The position numbers were made by a program, and so were the translations under genes. Below are positions 24,123 through 36,544 of a stretch of DNA of 64,000 nt, piece after piece; the stretch's first letter is position 1; every line of letters starts with the position of its first letter. The notes below the pieces were generated by a model. The model was not told the DNA's origin and did not search any database. It saw nothing but the letters and a program-made list of their open reading frames with translations. Source of the stretch: Mustelus asterias (taxonomy: Eukaryota); assembly GCF_964213995.1 (NCBI RefSeq), contig NC_135801.1, positions 92,380,001 to 92,444,000 of the forward strand. Direction: 5' to 3'.

Positions 24123-25045
24123 GCGCTAATGTAAACCTTTACAAATAATGACTTTGCAGTGTTACTAAATCTGTATTTCGTCTGCAGCATGCTCTACTCT
24201 TTAACCTTGTGTAAAATGGATTTTCATTCAACAGTTTAAGTGACATAGCAAATTATAATAATACTGATAATCAGCAACTTGAATATCTACGATAGTGTGA
24301 AATGCTGCTCAAAATAAAACTCTTTACAAGCTGCTTATACCAGTGCCAAAGGAAACTTAGATAACACAACACAAATTGTAATCTATTTTCTTTAAGGAAA
24401 CACGTCTATCAAAGTCTACAGTAATGTTTGCTCAGGTTGTACTCTGCATGCCAAGAATGATTAGCATTTTGTGGCACTCTGTTCTAGTCTCGAGTGAGTT
24501 ATTTAATTTCTTTGTCAAAATATCTCTGAATTACAGATTGGGGATGACTGACAGCCTGATCCCTTTGTGCACGTGCAGTAGAAAGTGACTTGAAGTGGAG
24601 TGATATGTCTCCATATAACAGACAGTTTAATGCAATTCAAAGAAAAGTCTGTAAGTTACAGGTGGATAGCTACCTCTGTATCTGTTTGGCACAGATGAAC
24701 AATCTGAGTAACTGGACATGTGAAAAATGTGCGATTAGTTACAGTTGGTCACTAACAGCAACCAAGGGAATTTTCTTCACTCTTACTATCTGCTATGTGG
24801 CTACTCTTAGAGAGCTATGCAAGCTGGAAGCATCACAGGCTTAGGTCAAGGTATTTGTTCTGTAACAGTAGTATAGTCACAGCTGTGTTTGCAGGACTAG
24901 GATGCCAGTTCAAATATCATTAGCACAATTTATACTACTCACCATTCGGCCATTTTGTAATCCCAGGTACCTGCTGAGCTATGACTAGTACTAACTTGGT
25001 AAGTCTCCAAGGGCAGACTGTGCGCTGTAATAATGGTGCAAGTGA

Positions 25046-25150
25046 CTCCACACAAACATGGGGAGAAAGTGCAAATTCCACACAAACAGTGACCCGAGGC
25101 CAGAATTGAACCCTAGCGCTGTGAGGCAGCAGTGCTAACCACTGTGCACC
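25046..25150 (-). mobile_element. V-SINE 5' fragment
   Basis: cacacaaacatggggagaaagtgcaaattccacacaaacagtgacccgagg...gtgaggcagcagtgctaaccactgtgcacc. Confidence 0.85.
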
Positions 25151-26704
25151 CATTCATAAGTTCAAGTTGGGATGTATCTATATGTAGTATAGTCACAGCT
25201 GTGTTTGCAAGTATCTGTATGTGTAGACCAATGTTCAGCCTTACCAGTGCACTCCTGCTGTAACTTTAAGCTGGGACCAATGTTTCCACTAAGTTGCATG
25301 TATTTGCAGCACCGCAATAGCCTGGAAGATACTGTGCAAGACGCATTCCATTTAAAAACTGCACAAAACAAACTCAAATGCGCCATGCATTGAAAAAAAA
25401 AATCTGGCTGCACATAAAAAGGAAATTGTAAAGGGATCAGTGACTGGGATCCGGTATGCCTGGACCTTAATCTTTCACCAGAATTCCACTCAGTCTTCTT
25501 TTGAGCTTCCTCAAATGCCAAACAAGGCCAGTGGCGTAAGAAGGGGTGGATCCAAGGATCCTACATTAGGAATTTCACGTGTTAGGCTCTCAGAGTGGTG
25601 TAGAGTTGGCAATGAGTATGTTAGTGATACTAGGCGTACCATGCACTAAACAGCAGAAGCACACATAATCTTCCAAACTGAGATTGTGGCCTGGATCCCA
25701 AAGGAAAAAATAAATCATTTTAACATGACCTTCATAGCTATGATGGCTGATTGAGAAAACCCCGAAGGAGGATCTTTGTGTCTGGGTTTAGACACGATAC
25801 ACAGATATTTAGAATCATCCAACTGCAGAATGAATATAAAAGCCAATATTTTTAACAGGGCCAGTTGAAGGTACCTCATATGTTTCTCTCCTCCCCATTC
25901 TGGCTCTCACCAAAAATTCCATTAACGTTCTTCATTTAAGGGTTAAATTCTGCATTCATATGTATCCACATGGTGCACCATTGTGCAATTGCTTTGAATA
26001 CTCTGTTCGGCTGTGTGCAGTAGTCTGATGTACATCAGACCTGGTAACTAAAAACAAACTGATCCATGGTAAACATGTGTTGGTACTTGTAAAAATAATT
26101 CAACTCAGCCCTCCATTTTTAGAGGAAGAGAAGATTAAGGACCAGTGTTTCACAACACTGCTGACAACTTAGAAAGCAGATAAAAATTCTGCACCATATG
26201 CCTTGTCCTCAGAGCTACTTAAAAAATAAATGGGTAATGTAATAGTGATCACCACGATGGAGAATACTCTGAAGATTTTGTGGATTAAAACATCGAATAA
26301 TTGAAATAGTTTCTGAATCGTGACTTAGGAATGTAAGGAAAAAAGTAATTTGACTAAATGGATGTCTGTGTTATGTTTGTGTTTGACCTCTTGGTTAGCT
26401 TGTTGATTTGTGGGCATTGGGAGTAGGTATTAATTTGCTTTATTAGTAAGTGATTTGTTCAGGCTGCAGTGGTGTTGAGTACTACCTCATTCACATTTAC
26501 AATGTAGTACTGTAATGGAGTAAAAGGAAAGTAATTTTTCAGCATGATTATTTGCCCCAGTGGTAATTTCTTTAATTTAATATTTCCAAATACTCCGAGC
26601 TGAACCACACAAGACCACAGGAGATTAAGTACTGATTTAAGTGGAATCGGGGAAGCTCTGGGGAAATATATTCATTTTCTTTTGATATTTGTTTAGAACA
26701 AGAG

Positions 26705-26763
26705 GTGTGTGTATGTGTGTGTGTGTATATATATATATATATAAATCTATTTCTGTGTGTGTG
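26705..26763. repeat. Compound (GT)n(AT)n microsatellite
   Basis: gtgtgtgtatgtgtgtgtgtgtatatatatatatatata...tgtgtgtgtg. Confidence 0.93.
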
Positions 26764-28364
26764 AGTTTATGAGGGTTGTGGAGGAGGAAAACTATATTTT
26801 AAAGAGAAAAAGCTTCATATATTCTGTGTTTCATTTCTCCATTTCAATTTGATTTTTTTGAAATATTTCCTGAATAATAAAAGTTGTGTTCTTTGTTTTG
26901 CTGTTGGGTCGCAGCTGCCCTGCTTAGAAAGTGGCTAATTAAAAAAAGATCAGAATTGAAGCTATTTCTTCACTTGTTTAGTTTTGCTTCCATTTCATTT
27001 TCACCTTGCTTTAGTAATAGCCCCTATTCATAAACATGCAACATTCTTCCACACAGCCGTTGGGCAGGTAACCTCCTCCAATGCTTCCCTCAATGGGATT
27101 AGCTTGTGTGCAACAGTATCCCCCCACCACATCCCCATCCTCGCTCTGAAATGCTTAGTCTCAGTATCCCCCTGCGTGGATACATTGTTCATTGACCACA
27201 GTATACCAGTGAGTGTATGAATGAACTGTCCCACCATTTTTGTTTAACTAGCTACCTTAAGGCGCAACCCACGAGCGCAGTGAAGGTCGGCCATATTTAT
27301 AGTGACCTGATTTCTCATTGACAGCAATGCCGCCCTGCCCAAAACTCGTACCTCTTGAGAAGCACATTGTTCACAGCCTGCTGGCTGCTCCTCTGAAGCA
27401 AATGGATTTTGACTGTTTAATTTGCCTTGTTGGATCACAGTTCAGTGATCGTTGTTTTCTGCTCAGCTGTGTTGCATTGCACCAAGTGTTTGACCTGATA
27501 CACTGGAAACTCTGCCTTTTGGGAATCTCGGCACTCTCATGGATGCATTCCTGTAGAACCAAGCACTTCCAGTGAGGGAGACAGGTGGGACAGTTACAGG
27601 CTGGGATTCAATGAAATAGACATGCCAAGTGCCTGCGAGAACAGACTTCTTCTAGAAATGTGTCAATATTATAATGCATCAGTGATGTACAAAAGTGAGA
27701 CCCAAACACAAACGGGTTCGGCAGTTACCTGATTGGAACACACACTGTTTGAATTGGAAAGCGAACAACACGCAGAGGCAACTGACCCTTTCAGCACCAC
27801 CTTCCTTTCTTAATTCTAGGGCTAAGTACTGTCTGGGTAGTGGAATTCTCCATGGCCGTAAGCAGTGCTGCTCAGGATGGATGGAGCTGGAGGTTCCCAG
27901 GCTACAGTAATGGAATAGATTTTCTTCTGCTGACTTTCTCACCCTGTGATGGAATGGTGTACTGAACCTAATGTGTTCATCCCTGTACCATGCGCTGTCA
28001 GAAAAATTAGGTGCAGCTGATGAGTCCCTGCTTGGGCAGGAATCCAAAAATGACTGCGCAGTGACTGAGCAAGATCAACACTCTGCCTTTTATTGTTTTA
28101 GACTTTAAGAAGCAAAACACCGTTTGTTTTTCTGTCCCACTAACGGCAGAGTTACTCCATCAGGCATGTTCATAACTAAAACAGAGTTGGGCCAGACCAC
28201 TTCTTTCTCCGCCAGGGGTAATGAATCATTAGTCACCAGATTTCAAATTTAGATTTGGATTTCAATCTTGTAGGGTTTGTGCAAGAGGAGACTTTGCAGA
28301 GGGCGCACATTCAACATACTATAAAGCTAGGTTAATATAACAATTATTTATTTCGGTTGTATCG

Positions 28365-28490
28365 TGCTATTCATTTCCCACATTACAACATTGAATACAG
28401 TCCAAAACGTACTTAATTGGCTGCAGTTCTCTGAATATGCCGAGTCAGTCATGAAAAGTGCTAAATAAAATGCAAGTCTTTTTCCTTTTT
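28365..28490 (+). mobile_element. DeuSINE/SacSINE1-like 3' tail
   Basis: tttcccacattacaacattgaatacagtccaaaacgtacttaattggctg...tgaaaagtgctaaataaaatgcaagtcttttt. Confidence 0.72.
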
Positions 28491-28637
28491 GGGTTTTGTA
28501 ATCCTGGTTATAATGTAAACTCTGTAGAATTGGAAGTCTGGCTGCTTTCTTTACCCAAAGTGAACTTTTCAAAACTGATTGTTGCTAAGGCTACAGTAGG
28601 TTTACTGTTGTTTACTCGGGAGGGCAGGAATTAATCA

Positions 28638-29242
28638 GGGAATGTAATTCTCCAGAAAAATGACTTAAGTGCCATCTTGGGTAGAAAACGCAGTGCGATC
28701 CCCACTCGGTCAGTCAGTGCGATTTCCCAATCACAATCCTCCCTCACTTAGTCATTATTTTTGGACGGGTGATTTGTGCTATGATTGAGAGGGGCAGAGC
28801 CTAAAACGGCAGCCCAATCTCAAAATGAGGTTAAAGCCTCATCCCCCTTCAATATCCAGCATCGGGCTTCCCAACACTGCTGTCAGCCCCCAGCCCCCAT
28901 TGGCAGTGCCAACCTGGCAGTCCCCGGCACTCTGCAGTGCCAACCTGGTGGGCACAAACAGCTTGGCTCTGCCCAGCCATGTTCCTGATCACCCAGGGGC
29001 TCCAATGGCCTCAGCCCCTAAGTGGGTCATTCCAGCTAGTCTCCATTTGTGGAGACCAATAGTGATTCCTGCCAGCTTCACATTGCACCCATGGGGAAAT
29101 GAATTCCAGGAGCGGGGTGAATCTGGTTTAAAACAGATTCGCAGATTTAAATGAAGATTCAAATATGTTAATCTGGGTGTGAACCGGATTATGTCGCCGG
29201 TCAGGGGCAGGGAGAATCTTAAAATGAGTTCTCCCCGGTGCA
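28638..29242 (+). mobile_element. Non-autonomous Harbinger-like DNA transposon truncated by the gap
   Basis: 29040-29242 is the reverse complement of about 32540-32735 (ctccatttgtggag, atttaaatgaagatt, gtgtgaacc, gggagaatct); starts gggaatgtaattctcc. Confidence 0.7.
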
Positions 29243-29821
29243 NNNNNNNNNNNNNNNNNNNNNNNNNNNNNNNNNNNNNNNNNNNNNNNNNNNNNNNNNN
29301 NNNNNNNNNNNNNNNNNNNNNNNNNNNNNNNNNNNNNNNNNNNNNNNNNNNNNNNNNNNNNNNNNNNNNNNNNNNNNNNNNNNNNNNNNNNNNNNNNNNN
29401 NNNNNNNNNNNNNNNNNNNNNNNNNNNNNNNNTCCTCCCTCTCTCTCGCNNNNNNNNNNNNNNNNNNNNNNNNNNNNNNNNNNNNNNNNNNNNNNNNNNN
29501 NNNNNNNNNNNNNNNNNNNNNNNNNNNNNNNNNNNNNNNNNNNNNNNNNNNNNNNNNNNNNNNNNNNNNNNNNNNNNNNNNNNNNNNNNNNNNNNNNNNN
29601 NNNNNNNNNNNNNNNNNNNNNNNNNNNNNNNNNNNNNNNNNNNNNNNNNNNNNNNNNNNNNNNNNNNNNNNNNNNNNNNNNNNNNNNNNNNNNNNNNNNN
29701 NNNNNNNNNNNNNNNNNNNNNNNNNNNNNNNNNNNNNNNNNNNNNNNNNNNNNNNNNNNNNNNNNNNNNNNNNNNNNNNNNNNNNNNNNNNNNNNNNNNN
29801 NNNNNNNNNNNNNNNNNNNNN
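29243..29821. other. Assembly gap: two N runs around a 17-bp island
   Basis: N at 29243-29432 and 29450-29821; island tcctccctctctctcgc at 29433-29449. Confidence 0.99.
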
Positions 29822-31319
29822 TAATGGTATTTGCACCTGCACGAGTGTGGCCGGAGCTTGTCCCAGGGTTCCTATTCCTGACTCTTACCCAATGCCCCTC
29901 TACTCCACAAAGGCAGACACCAGGCAGAGACAGGATTTGACTTGACAGTGATGCTGTTGATGATTCAACAGTCTGCCAAAATTCATATTCCGGATGCACA
30001 TTTGAGGGATGATGATTTGGGCAAGTTGCCATAGGGTTGCCGTGGTCTGTGGAAGATTGTGCCAGCACAAGTCGCCATCTTTGGGAAGTAAAAGCTTTTA
30101 AAGAAACGAAAGCAAAAGCTTTTAAAGAAATGCAAGCGCAAATAATTTATTAATGTCCTTTTGTTTATGAAATTTTAATTACTTTTTCTTTTAATGCTGA
30201 CATGACATGATCATGCAAGTGAAATAGATAAGTGATTTGTAAAAGGCCGAAGACAAATGTCTCATTCTAAAAGAGTGTTTTCTGAAATAGAAAATATTTC
30301 CTTTGAGTCTGGCAGTTGGCAGGATTGAGGGTTTTGCAGCCGATAACAAAAGCTGGAGCGACACGGGGAACCATCTCGAAAATCCTCCGGAATTAATTTC
30401 TCCCAGCTATGATTAAAGTGCAGGACACTAGATGTGTCAGATGCCATAGTTCTTTGCTTCATTTTCTTTCTGGCCTCTCTGGCCTCTGCCGCATTGAATC
30501 CAACAATGGCTGTGCAGGCTTCACAAGTTACTGTTGCTACGGTTACTGTCGCCTTGTCAAATCAAAACCATTACTCATCTCAGGAGCTGCCATGATAACT
30601 ATTGCTGGTTTCAACACTAGGAAGACTCTGATGATAATTTACGCAGACGCGAGGGAAGTTGCTTGGCTGTGTTCTGTGAGGTGGATTTTAATCTCTTGGC
30701 TCTGCTAGCATAAGCCAGCTGTTGAGCCCCTGTAAGTTTTCTCTGTCAACCTTGGCTCTTAATTGTCATGGAAACCTGAGAGCGCGATGACTTGGTAAAC
30801 TTTGTAACACTAAACGTTTTTTTTGCGGTTCTAGTCAGGGATTATACCTCAGTGTTGATTCACCCTGACATTTTGGTTATAACATTATGACCCCTTTTAA
30901 AACTACTTGTATCTTTGAAGTAGTTGGGTTGGTAAAACCCCCGTGGTATGAATGGGAAAACGTTTTGCTCTCAGTCATCAAAGCTGCTGGCAGCTCACGG
31001 TGTCCTTCAGTGCCAGGCTGAAGAGCTTCAAAAGAGCAGGCCGACTTTGTAACAGATTCTCTAAAGAAGCCGATGACATTGTAAATAAGACATCAGACAA
31101 TGCGAATGCACAAAGTGGCCTAATCCCTGTAAAGTAAAATGGCTTGTACAGAGACAACCCACTATCTCAACCAATTGAGCACTTGACTCACAACCTCAAG
31201 GTCAAATGTTAAATTACCATTTGAGGGGTCAGCACTGACAAGTAGCTATGCCGAGGTCCATAGTCCTGCCCATTGCACCTTCCTGGAAGATGTGGGTAGT
31301 AAGAACCTGCAGGGACAAA

Positions 31320-31436
31320 TCATAGAACCCCTACAATACATTCCATTCGGCCCCCCAAGTCTGTACCGACCACAATCTCACCCAGGCCCTATTCACATAA
31401 CCCTCATTTACCCTGCTAGTCCCTCTGACACTAGGG
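31320..31436 (-). mobile_element. HE1/V-SINE 3' fragment
   Basis: catagaacccctacaa...ccgaccacaatctcacccaggccctatt...ccctgctagtccctctgacactaggg. Confidence 0.8.
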
Positions 31437-32461
31437 TGTTGGTTACCCTTTATCCACAGCACCTGTTATTTCTTCAAAGAACTCCAATAAATTAGTTAAA
31501 CATGATTTCTCTATAACAAAACCATGTTGACTCTGCCTGATTAAATTATCTAAGTGCCCTATTATAACATCTTTGATAATGGCTTCTAACATTTTCGCTA
31601 TAACAGATTTTAAGCTAATTGAAATCCTATAGTTTCCTGCTTTCTATCTCCCCTCCCTTTTTGAATAAAGGAATTACATTGGCTATTTTCCAATCAAATG
31701 GGAACTTCCCAAATCCAGTGAATATTGGAAAATTAAAACTAGCGCATCAACTGTCTATCTCGTCACTTCTTTAAGATCCTAGGATGAAAGCCATCACGAC
31801 CTGGGGACTTGTCAACCTGCACTTTCTACGATTTGCTAAGTGCCACTTCCCTGGTGATTGTAATGTCCTTAAATTCCTTCCAATCCAATTCCTTATTTAT
31901 GGCCATTTCTGAGCTGTTATGTGTATCCTCTGAAGTGAAGACTGATACAAAATACCAGTTGAATTCATCTGCCATCTCCTTATTTTCCATTATGAACTCC
32001 CAGATTTACTTTTTCTATTAGATGAACGCACACTTTGTTACTCTTTTCTTTCTTTTTTTGTAGAAATTCCTACAATCTGTCTTTATGTTTCTTTGTGCAA
32101 AAACATGTTTTTCTTTAAGTTTCACCATATTATTAGTTAACCGCAGATGGCGGGTCCTCCCCTTGGACTACTTTCTCATTGGAATAGGTCTTTTCTGAGC
32201 ATTATAAAATACACCCTTACATGTCAACCACTGCTGCATCTCTATTGACCTATCCTTTTACCTAAATTGCCATTTCACTTTCAGTAGATCTGCTTTCATG
32301 CCCTCATAATTGCCCTTCTTTAAGTTTAAAATATTTGTCTTAGATCCACTCTTCTCTCCCTCAAGCTGAATATAATATTCATCTGATCACTGCCACCTTG
32401 GAGTGCCTTCATAATTAGGTTATCAGTTAATCCTTTCTCCTTGCACAAAACCATATCTTGT

Positions 32462-33030
32462 GGATGATACTCCAGCCCCACGAGCACAGAGGCAAATCCT
32501 GTTCTAGCCGGAGATTCTCATGAGAGACCATAATGTGATTTACACTGGAGAGAACTTCTTTTGAGATTCTCCCCAGTCCCAGTCAGTGACGTAATTTGGT
32601 TCACACCTTCATTGTGTGGAAACCAGATTAACGTATTTCAATCTTCATTTAAATATGCAGGATCTGTTTTAAGCCAGGTTCACCCAGCTCCTGGAATCCA
32701 CCCACCCACTGGTACAACTCCACAAATGGAGACTGGACATGATGATGACCATGCCAGGGTCTGGAGCCCCCAGATGGTCTGGGATAGGGGTGGGCCTTAA
32801 AGTGTTGGGGCCTGAGTGGGGAGGTCCCTTGGGGGCCCCATAGCGGGGGCTCACTCATGTGAGGGGGAAGAGGGTGCTGATACCGGCATTCGGGAGGGAT
32901 AGGGTTGGGGGGGTGGGGGGAACCTGATGCCAGATATTGAGAGTGGGGCCCCCGGTGCCAGAGATGGAGTGGGAGGGGGCGTTTCCCGCCGGAGAGCAAA
33001 CTTAAAAATTGCTTTGGGATAATTGTGCCC
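32462..33030 (-). mobile_element. Non-autonomous Harbinger-like element inserted in CR1
   Basis: Ends ggatgatactcc...gggataattgtgccc; GC-rich; inverted homolog of 28638-29242. Confidence 0.7.
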
Positions 33031-33596
33031 CTCATGTAGTCTGCTCCCTGGTTGGCTCCAGAAAGCGCTGATCTTGCAAATTATCCCAAAAACATTTGAT
33101 GAATTTGTTATCTAGGTTACCTTTGCCCTTCTGATTTTTACAGTCTATTTGCAGATTAAAGTCCCCCATGTTAATCTCCATAACATTTTTAAAAGTGCCC
33201 ACTATTTCTTCTTTGATACCCTGGCCTATCTTGTGACCACTGTTAGGGGACTTATTCACCACCCCCACAGGTGACTTATTCCCTTTGTCATTTCTCACAT
33301 TTACCAAAACTGCTTCTGTATCCTGGTTTCTTGAACTTGAATTATCCCCCTCTTAATACACTAATGTCATCCCTCCGCCTTTTCCTCACTTCCTATTGGT
33401 CACACACTCTTCAATATTCAGGTCCCAATCCGTACCATCCTACAGCCATGTCTCTGCAATGGCCATGAGACCGCACTTATTAATCTCTATTTTCACTATC
33501 ATTCATCTATTTTGTTTTGAATGCTGCATGCATTCAGATACAGAGCCTGAAGTTTTGTCCTTATATTGTTTGTGTAAACTCTAGCCTTATCTGCAA

Positions 33597-33951
33597 GGGG
33601 AGGCGATGGCCTAGTGGTATTATCGCTAGACTATTCATCCAGAAATTTAGTTAATATTCTGGGGACCTGGTTCAAATCCCACCATGGCAGATGGTGGAAT
33701 TTGAATTCAATTTAAAAAAAATCAGGAATTAAGAATCTACTGATAACCATGAAACCATTGTTGTCAGAAAAACACATCTGGTTCACTAACATCCTTTAGG
33801 GAAGGAAATCAGCCGTCCTTACCTGGTCTTGCCTACATGTGAATCTAGAGCCACAGCAATGTGACTCTTAACTGCTCTTGGGCAACTAGGGATGGGCAAT
33901 AAATGTTGACCGGCCAGTGACGCCCATGTCCCATGAATGAATTTTAAAAAA
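33597..33951 (+). mobile_element. tRNA-derived SINE (same family as 18216)
   Basis: ggggaggcgatggcctagtggtatt...gggcaactagggatgggcaataaatg...ccatgaatgaattttaaaaa; atctg lies near both ends. Confidence 0.9.
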
Positions 33952-33975
33952 TCTGTTGGTTTACTCTTAGATTTA

Positions 33976-34315
33976 GGGTGGCACGGTAGCACAGTGGTTA
34001 GCACTGCTGCTTCACAGCTCCAGGGACCTGGGTTTGATTCCCGGCTTGGGTCACTGTCTGTGTGGAGTTTGCACATTCTCCTCGTGTCTGCGTGGGTTTC
34101 CTCCGGGTGCTCCGGTTTCCTCCCACAGTCCAAAGATGTACGGGTTAGGTTGATTGGCCGTGTTAAAAATTGCCCCATAGAGTCCTGAGATGTATAGGTT
34201 AGAGGGATTAGCGGGTAAATATGTGGGGGTAGGGCCTGGGTGGGCCTGGGTCGGTGCAGACTCGATGGGCCGAATGGCCTCCTTCTGCACTGTAGGGTTT
34301 CTATGATTCTATGAT
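33976..34315 (+). mobile_element. Young full-length HE1/V-SINE with 6-bp TSD
   Basis: gggtggcacggtagcacagtggttagc...ctatgattctatgat; GATTTA at 33970-33975 and 34316-34321. Confidence 0.95.
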
Positions 34316-34569
34316 GATTTATACTCTGCCACAGCCTGTTTATCGTTTCCCATATTAACACCTTCCTACATTAATATAAAATAAGAGCAAATAGGATTCA
34401 CTTGTGTGGATAAAAATTATTTCAAAATATCCAGTAATATATTGTGACAGTCAGGCAATGTGCACATTTAGCATTTATCTTTCAACCTAAAAGTGAGAGC
34501 TTACATTTTTATTCAAAATCAACATCACAACTGCCAGTAGCTGAGCAACTTTATCCAGCAAGTTGGTGA

Positions 34570-34910
34570 GTTTTAAAGATCCATGAAAGATTCAGGTTAC
34601 AATCCCCACTCAGTGCTGACCGCAGCTATGGTAATTTCGAAGTGCTGCTTCTCAACTACCACATTAGAAAGGGGAATCTCAGTCAGAGCTCCCATTCCTG
34701 ATTGGGCTGTCCCTGAGGGAAGTGGTGCAAAAAGAAATGTGTGCGTGTATCAGGTTAAAATAGAATTGGATCCAGCTGTGATGTGCTCTCCAGTCAAATA
34801 GCCTACAACACTTTCACGGTTCCCACGTCAATGATCACCATCTGGGCAAAGTACCAGTGGGTGATTGGCGCCATTAAAAGTTTGCCCTGAAAGGAGAGGA
34901 GGGGAGGAGG
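34570..34910 (+). mobile_element. Old SINE-like repeat (family X)
   Basis: Blocks cattcctgatt, gtgtgcgtgtatcaggt, cagctgtgatgtgctctccagtcaaatagcct and gggcaaagtacc recur in order at 36430, 45500 and 47950. Confidence 0.55.
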
Positions 34911-36544
34911 AGAATACTGCAGCTGTCCTCATTTAAAGTATTATCAGTTTTTGTGGTAAAGATTTAATCATTCAAACTAATTATCAGCAAATCGCTGACT
35001 CAACATGCTCGGGAAATCTCAGTTGAATATCCACACAAAATGAAATAAAACACTGCATATATTGATAACTGCAGGAGAAGACAGGCACCCAAAGCAAGAA
35101 GTGTGAACTTAGCCTTGACAAGTGTAGTATCTGTAGAAAGATTCAAAGGAAATGCTTTCTGAATGGTGTAAACAGCTAGAACGAGCCGTGCTGCTCTCTC
35201 CTTATTTGGTGTGAATAATAAAAGTCTGTATCCATGTGGTGCTCTTATGTTACGATGCAATGAAAACAGATGTGGCTGGAGTTACAGTATGTTTCACTTT
35301 TCTGAGCACTCCTTAACATACTGCCAGCAAAAAACTTTCAGCATCAAAGCACTGAAAACTGCTCAAATTAAAATATCACCCTTCCTGTAACCATGTCACC
35401 AGCATGATGTGAATGGGATGGCAAGCATGTTAGACATTTAAAGTGGCGATAGGAAACATTGCCACATTTAACTGAATCGCACTTTCATTAATTATAGACT
35501 ACACTTGGTATATAATTACATACTGGGTGAAGTGTGTATAAACATTAGGCGTAGGGAAGAGCAGCCATGACAGGTTGATTCATTCCTTAGCACTTGGCTG
35601 CTAAAGGAGAGTGTTGCACACAGATTGAACATTTCAGGGTTTTTTTATTCATGTGTTCCATCATTCAGCACATACCAAAAGGGTTTTCTGTGAATGTTAA
35701 ATATTGCATTGTATAAAGCAGCATAAACTAGTCCAGACCATTGCCTTAACTGTTGTCTAATTAGATTGACATTATTAGAATGTTAGAACCACTTCCTTAG
35801 CCCCACTGACTCTATGCCCAGCCTCTCGTATACCGAGCAGACAGACCAGGAAGATAAAAAGGAAAAAAATTCATACAAAATGAAAACTTGAAACAAAAAG
35901 CAAAAAAAGACAGAAACATACAGCAGGCCAACCGGCATCTGTGGAGCGAACAGACCTGCTAACATTTTGTCAGAACAGCTCAAGTAAATGTCTGTTCTGT
36001 CCCGAGAAGAGAAATATCCTTGGGTTTAGTACTTGGTTTGTGCTGAATTATCCAAGTTCACCTGGAACAATGAATGAGCTCCTATGCTCTCTGACTGTAG
36101 AGATAAATACTCTGGGTTCTAATGTTGATCAATATTCAGTGTTGTAACTGAAAAAAAATAGATATTTAGAGCATAAATTTATAATTGACCTGCTGGCTGT
36201 TTTGAAGACTCATACAGAATCATTACTGCATGGGTTATTGCAATGTAATTTTTATAGATTGTATTTATTTTATACGCTAAGCAGCCGATTTTTAGCAGTG
36301 ACATTTGTATGAAATATAATCTCTGCTGTTATAACAGGACTACAGTTCTTCATTAAAATTATTGCAATACATAATTGCTGTTTTTAATATGATAACAAAT
36401 CCTGTTAACTGGTGAACTAGCGACAAAGTGCATGTGTGTGAACATCAGGTGATGATAGGGTCAGGCTTGGCTGTCACACACAGCTGAGCAACTCTGCCAA
36501 TACTCACTGTGCATACTCGTAAACACCAAGACGCTACTTTGCAT

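Larger units (their letters stand above)
31440..34370 (-). mobile_element. Old CR1 LINE (endonuclease to RT region) carrying three nested insertions
   Basis: Minus-strand MGDFNLQID...KFIKCFWDN...FLEPTREQ (endonuclease); KSPG.DGFHPRILR and RHGFV-like RT segments; interrupted at 32462, 33597 and 33976. Confidence 0.82.

Noticed and set aside
28989-30068. Long ORFs of 207-359 aa
   Set aside because: Artefacts of translating through N runs.
30090-30137. Tandem duplication of aaaagcttttaaagaaa plus 7 nt
   Set aside because: Two-copy local slippage with nothing suggesting function.
33819-34361. Recurrent near-identical ORFs (HGSTVVSTAASQ..., MQKEAIRPIESAP...) here and at 2541, 13599, 19550, 40702
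   Set aside because: Chance translations of V-SINE copies, not a gene family.
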